DNA of 64,000 nucleotides from Bordetella parapertussis (lineage in GTDB: Bacteria; Pseudomonadota; Gammaproteobacteria; Burkholderiales; SG8-41): positions 3,325 to 67,324 of the forward strand of contig CAMBCF010000006.1 in the NCBI GenBank assembly GCA_945864585.1, in the 5' to 3' direction. The stretch's first letter is position 1, and every line of letters starts with the position of its first letter. This document shows positions 62,220 through 64,000 of this stretch, in pieces. The notes beneath the pieces were generated by a model. The model was not told the DNA's origin. It was given only the letters and a program-made list of their open reading frames with translations, and did no database searches. The translations under genes and the position numbers were made by a program.

Positions 62220-63167
62220 GCAGGAATCCGGCGCCACGACATTTTGCGGCTTGCCCGCCAAAAACCGCTCCACATTCGCTATCGTCAGCAACAGACCGTC
62301 GCGCCGCACTTCCGGCGTCTGCCCCGCGTTGTGCGGTGACAAAACCGTGTTGGCGAATCCCAGTATCGGATCGCCAGCCTTGATCGGTTCATCGTGAAAC
62401 ACGTCGAGCCCGGCGCCGGCGATGCGCTGCCCGGCCAGCGCCTCATGCAGCGCATCACGATCCACCAGCGCGCCGCGGCCGGTGTTGATCAAAATCGCCG
62501 CGGGTTTCATTAACGCCAATTCGCGCGCGCCGATAAAACCGCGCGACTGCGGCGTCAAGCGCAGGTGCAGCGACACAAAATCGGCGCGCTGTAAAATTTC
62601 ATCGCGCTCGGCCGCACTGTTGCGGCGCGCGCTCCATTCCAGCACGATCATGCCGAACGCCCGCGCGAGTTTAGCCACATGGCTGCCGATGGCGCCGGTG
62701 CCCATCACGCCCAGTGTTTTGCCATGCAGTTGCCCTAGCATTTCACGCGGCCACGCACCCATGCGCATATCACGATCAATTTGCGGCATCTTGCGCGCCA
62801 CCGCGAGCATCAGCGCCATTGCATGCTCGCCCACGGCGATCGCGTTTGCGCCCGGCGTATTACACACCGTGACGCCGCGCCGCGCGGCGGCCTGAAGGTC
62901 AATATGGTCGGTGCCCACGCCCCAGATCGACACTAGGCGCAAGTTGGGGCAGGCCGCAAAAACCGCGTCGGTAAACGGTGCATAAGCGCGTATGTTGACG
63001 GCCACTTTCGCACCGCCGATACGGCGTGCGAGTTCACTCGCATCGTCTGCACCACGCTCGCCAAATACGCGTAGCGCAGCGAGCTTCTTCGCGCCTTCGT
63101 GCGCAGCCGAGCCCTCAAACACCGATGGGAAATCGTCCGGCACTACAATCAATGATTCAGTGTTCAT
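62208..63167 (-). CDS. D-isomer-specific 2-hydroxyacid dehydrogenase (NAD-binding)
   Basis: It has the GKTLGVMGTGAIGSHVA Rossmann motif and the pattern RGALVD...H. Confidence 0.88.
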   Translation of the reverse strand: MNTESLIVVPDDFPSVFEGSAAHEGAKKLAALRVFGERGADDASELARRIGGAKVAVNIRAYAPFTDAVFAACPNLRLVSIWGVGTDHIDLQAAARRGVTVCNTPGANAIAVGEHAMALMLAVARKMPQIDRDMRMGAWPREMLGQLHGKTLGVMGTGAIGSHVAKLARAFGMIVLEWSARRNSAAERDEILQRADFVSLHLRLTPQSRGFIGARELALMKPAAILINTGRGALVDRDALHEALAGQRIAGAGLDVFHDEPIKAGDPILGFANTVLSPHNAGQTPEVRRDGLLLTIANVERFLAGKPQNVVAPDSCSVK

Positions 63168-63204
63168 AGTATTAAATAATTATTTAAAAACAATTAGTTA
63201 CAAA

Positions 63205-64000
63205 CTATCTTCGCTGCGACGCCTGATACAAGGGCAGCACCTGTTGCGCATACTTTTGCAGTTCGCTGATGCGATCCGCAGCCGACGGATGCGTACTCAT
63301 AAACGCCGGTCCGCTGCCGCCACTGACACGCGCCATCTTCTGCCACAAGGTTACCGCCGCATGGGGGTCGTAGCCCGCGCGCGCGGCAAGTTCGACGCCG
63401 ATGCGATCGGCTTCGCGTTCAAACTCGCGTGAATTGGGCAGGCCGTAAGTCACCTGCGCTGCGAGATTGGCGAGACTCGCGCCGCCTTCGCCGATACCCA
63501 GCAACGCGGCGCCCACGCCGATCAGCACGTTTTGCGCGGCCTGTTGCGATGCTTTTTCGCGCCCATGCTCTCTGAGTGCGTGCGCTATTTCGTGGCCCAT
63601 CACCGCCGCGAGCTCGGCGTCGCTCAACTGCAGGGTATCGATCAGCCCCGTATACACGGCTATTTTTCCACCCGGCATGCACCACGCGTTCACGTCTTTC
63701 GAGGTGATCACATTGACTACCCACTTCCATTGCAAGGAATCATTGCGAAACACACCCGCCGCCGCAATCAGCCGGGTCGCTACCGTGCGCACGCGGTTCA
63801 ATTGATTGGCGTCACGATTGAGCAAACCCCTGGCCGACGCTTCCTGCATGGTCTGTTGGTATGACTGTGCCGCAGCGGCGTTAATTTTCTCGGCGGAAAT
63901 CAACATGTGCTGCGTACGGTCTACGCCGACCGTGCCAGCGCCGGTGGTTTGCACCGTCTGGCAGCCTGCAAGCGCCAGCGCAGCCAGCCATAAAATGCCT
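63205..64000 (-). CDS. M48-family zinc metalloprotease lipoprotein, 5' end beyond the window
   Basis: It has MGHEIAHALREHGRE (HExxH). Reading upstream of the track start gives ...GILWLAALALAGCQT, a LAGC lipobox, so the true start lies past 64000. Confidence 0.85.
   Translation of the reverse strand, partial: GILWLAALALAGCQTVQTTGAGTVGVDRTQHMLISAEKINAAAAQSYQQTMQEASARGLLNRDANQLNRVRTVATRLIAAAGVFRNDSLQWKWVVNVITSKDVNAWCMPGGKIAVYTGLIDTLQLSDAELAAVMGHEIAHALREHGREKASQQAAQNVLIGVGAALLGIGEGGASLANLAAQVTYGLPNSREFEREADRIGVELAARAGYDPHAAVTLWQKMARVSGGSGPAFMSTHPSAADRISELQKYAQQVLPLYQASQRR

Overview
The window is a GC-rich proteobacterial chromosome segment. Gene content and order point to a betaproteobacterium of Burkholderiales type; this is an inference from six intact orphan Bug/TctC solute-binding genes and the conserved block xseA / exbB-exbD-lpxK-ycaR-kdsB-adk. 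I can support about 60 protein genes, one tRNA-Ser(CGA), two clear intrinsic terminators, and no rRNA, CRISPR array, transposase or integrase. Housekeeping genes include serS, xseA, exbBD, lpxK, kdsB, adk, hppA and serB. Interleaved with them are accessory catabolic genes: three TfdA/TauD dioxygenases, a Rieske oxygenase, two amidohydrolases plus two family III CoA-transferases plus an LLM oxidoreductase, and an amidase. There is also a MacAB-like ABC efflux operon and four type II toxin-antitoxin modules. Gene remnants are unusually frequent: a tfdA 5' relic, a truncated and frameshifted amidohydrolase, an internally deleted qor, an NHL-repeat pseudogene, a Bug 3' stub and a truncated secreted ORF. 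I did not find a convincing new multi-gene system. The most unusual signals are non-coding or structural. (1) A family of hairpin elements has arms made of tandem 7-8 nt oligomers (GGACTGA, GTGAACGN, GTGAAGN); they sit flush against or inside gene ends at ycaR/kdsB, xseA and tfdA. (2) An AT-rich motif (TGTTTTTAA, with ATAATGTAA or AATTAGTTA companions) recurs next to start codons of unrelated genes that lack a Shine-Dalgarno sequence. (3) A DnaA-box cluster plus an AT-rich tract lies in the xseA-exbB spacer. (4) An in-frame 33-bp tandem repeat lies inside kdsB. (5) A higB-higA-hicB three-gene cassette abuts the 3' end of tRNA-Ser. (6) A decayed low-GC patch at 47.3-50 kb holds a solitary nucleotidyltransferase-fold gene, a G9 tract and a lysozyme-like gene. 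All functional calls come from reading the translations by eye. No database search was run.
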